Shown here in pieces: positions 61,421 to 64,000 of a stretch of 64,000 nucleotides of DNA. Where the stretch lies: positions 112,778,001-112,842,000 of the forward strand of contig NC_135655.1 in the NCBI RefSeq assembly GCF_964188315.1. Reading direction: 5' to 3'. The notes under the pieces were generated by a model. It had not been told where the DNA came from. It was given only the letters and a program-made list of their open reading frames with translations, and made no database searches. Origin of the DNA: Podarcis muralis (Eukaryota). The translations under genes were made by a program, and so were the position numbers. Position 1 is the first letter of the stretch, and each line of letters opens with the position of its first letter.

Positions 61421-62017
61421 ACATGCAACACCCTACCCCCTTAGTGATAGCGAAGAATTACAGGTGTGGCTGCTTTGAAATGCAGTAGATAAACTCATTT
61501 GGCAGCATCAACACACGACAAATCGAGTGCCCATTCCTCCTTTCCCCCTCCCCTCCCCAATGCCAATCTAGTATGGTGGATTTGTTTCTGTCAAAATAAA
61601 ATACATGATCCTTGCTCAAAATATTATGAAATATGATGATTTTTCACAATATTGCATTTACATAGAAATACCTTTTCCCCAGAAGGAAAATAAATCACAA
61701 AACACTTACCTGTGTGCAAACACAAGTTTATAATGGAGCCAAATGGTTTGCAGGCAGTGTCTATTGGGATCTCTCCAGAAAAGCACTGGGGGTGGTGGGT
61801 GGAGAAGTCCTAGCTAATGCAAGAAGTTTAGAGGAAGCTATAGTATTGCACAGTTTAAATGGCTTTTCTCACCTGGTGTTCTTGAGTGCTAGTATTAGGA
61901 TTCCATGGATTTTTCAGTTATGATGTTGGCCACTTACAGCACTGGGACAGAACAAAGGGAAAGGAAAGACAGCCGAAAGCACAAGGGCACATTAGAGATT
62001 TGATTGCAGCCAGCATT

Positions 62018-62069
62018 ATCTTCTTCTTCTTCTTCTTCTTCTTCTTCTTCTTCTTCTTCTTCTTCTTCC
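62018..62069. repeat. (TTC)n microsatellite
   Basis: Direct reading. Confidence 0.98.
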
Positions 62070-62204
62070 TGACTGGCAGTCAGGAAGGGCAGGGCAGGGC
62101 AAGGCAAAAAAGGATGTTTTCATCCTTTGTTTTCTGTATATAAGAAATTTGGCATTTCATTCTGCAAGCCACCATTTACATCCAATTTTTAACTGGCCAA
62201 ATCT

Positions 62205-62375
62205 TGATTCAGGTAGGTAGCCGTGTTGAAATAAATTTAAAAATTAAGAAATTGTCCAGTAGTACCTTAGAGACTAACTAAGTTTTTCTGCATGCACACA
62301 GAAGCTTATACCCAGAACAAACTTAGTTGGTCTCTACGGTGCTACTGGACAATTTATTTATTTATTTATTTATTT
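62205..62375. mobile_element. Penelope-like terminal palindrome, centrally deleted
   Basis: GATTCAGGTAGGTAGCCGTGTTG start; 34-bp arms TTGTCCAGTAGTACCTTAGAGACTAACTAAGTTT / AAACTTAGTTGGTCTCTACGGTGCTACTGGACAA (31/34 paired); family assignment from memory. Confidence 0.7.
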
Positions 62376-64000
62376 GACCAAATCTTGCTACTGAGACTAG
62401 AACTTCCCTTGCTTTCAGTCACACATGGTATTCGGTTGGTCCTGGGGATGAGAGAGAGCCAATGGCAGATTCACGGTTCAGCATCCTAATAAATCTCTCA
62501 ATGCAGGAAGCAAATGAAACGGAATGCAGATTACCTGTACAACATGATATAATATTTTATGCATTTAAATCTGCATTAAACGTCTGCCCATGCCCCCTCT
62601 CTTCCAGTGAAGAGATTTCCAGTAGCCACCTTTTTAATGGCAGGAGCTAAAATGCGACCGGTCTGAAAGATCTATCTTATGTTTCACAACACTGATTTAA
62701 ATGGTCTGGTAGCTCACGCAGAATAGATAACATGGCATTTGAGGATTTGTTGCCTTTTTGAAATAGGCAGGGATGAGCTTTTCTATCAGGATTGCATCAA
62801 CAATATCTGTTCCATTAAACAAACACATTACACAGGAGCGCATGCCTTGTCTGCCCGAGGAAACCTGAACAAACAGATAAGAATTGGCTTTGACAGCCTT
62901 TTGTTGGTGGTCAGAGGCAGAGGCAGCAACTGGTACACAGCTTTCAGCAGTAGTATGTCACTAGCCAAGCAATGCTGCTTTCTAACAGGACCTGCACGTT
63001 TCACCCTTGAGGTATCTCTTTTATAATACAAAGTGTTTTACACGTACAATCGTTGGCACTCTTCTGTTTCCCTGTCACCTTAGGTACGTGTGTGCATTCT
63101 TGTTTAACAAGTCGGGAACTATGACACTTCCACTACATGTTTCAGTGCAGCCCATTAAAAACAAAAACAAAAAACCCTGCATGTAGAAAGTTAGCAGGTC
63201 AAGGAGATGGCAGATTCCATTGATATACTAGCTTTCCATGGGCAAGGAATGTGTTCACGTGGTGAAGCGTTCAGATCGTGCAGCCCAAGGGCTGTAATAA
63301 TTCTTAAAGAACAACAAAACCCTGTGCTTTTGAAATGTGTGACATGGCAGTTTCCACTCAAAGAGCTCATTTTTAAAATAGGAAAATTCCTTTTTTAAAC
63401 AACAACAACAACACATCATTGGCAGCAATGGTTCTAATTCAACAGAAGCTTCAGAGAAGAGTTATTTAAGGTTAGTTGCTGTAACCACCATCTCCATTTG
63501 GTCATCTCCATTCATCAAGCGGTGTTTTCACCAAAGTGCTGTTATGATCAAGTCATCTGAAGGTTACTAGACCTTGAAAAACTAACAAAGTTGATGTTTT
63601 TAAAGAAGACGAAAACTGGAAAATTTGATGCACAGCTCTACTCATGAAGAATTTTGCATTTCAGGTTTGCTTGTTGTTCACAAGGAACATCCGTTAAGTT
63701 CTCAGGGCCTATAGGTAAGAAATTTTATCCAGTATTGGCTTATTCAAGGTGGGACACCTGATTGGGAAACCCTGTGGAACAGTCTGGGGTCTGCAGTAAG
63801 GTGGGGTGTCAGGAAAAAAAATATCAAGTGCCTCTCTTTGCATAGGTAGAAATGCTTTCCCTAGCACAAAGCCAGCATTGGATAAAACTCAAGGTTTTAA
63901 AGGGCCAAAAAAAGAAGGCTGGAGGAATCTGTAGCAGTTATCAAGATGGTTGTGTAAACAGTTCCAACAACTTGGAATGGTTATATCTCTGATGAGGTTC

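Noticed and set aside
60932-61444. 170-aa and 123-aa ORFs with poly-Ile or poly-Asn
   Set aside because: Composed of a MITE, the (AAT)n tail and the antisense of L2.

Overview
Eukaryotic intronic DNA from a squamate, most likely a lacertid lizard (inferred from Sauria/Squam SINEs, Bov-B, CR1 and L2 remnants). The only host gene I can support is ZNF385B (matrin-type zinc finger) on the + strand. It has a 303-nt phase-1/phase-1 coding exon at 15046-15348 carrying the first zinc finger, and a probable upstream exon at 14324-14459 supplying the N-terminus MDIIPCGLVPEQQFFKG. No further recognisable coding exon occurs in the remaining ~48.6 kb. The rest is intron with about 50 recognisable transposon copies (9 Sauria SINEs, tRNA-Ala/Lys/Ile SINEs with CR1-type tails, CR1, L1, L2, Bov-B, a Penelope remnant, many hAT and Tc1/pogo MITEs, two LTR-like units), microsatellites and putative enhancer-like blocks. 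The top lead is a stop-free 182-codon frame at 2673-3218 that aligns by eye to the LAP2alpha / DIRS1-ORF1 domain. It lies sense to ZNF385B with frame-compatible splice signals, a possible independent exonisation of the kind that produced LAP2alpha and the ZNF451 isoform. All family names come from recalled consensus sequences, not database searches. No prokaryote-type system (CRISPR, operon) is present.
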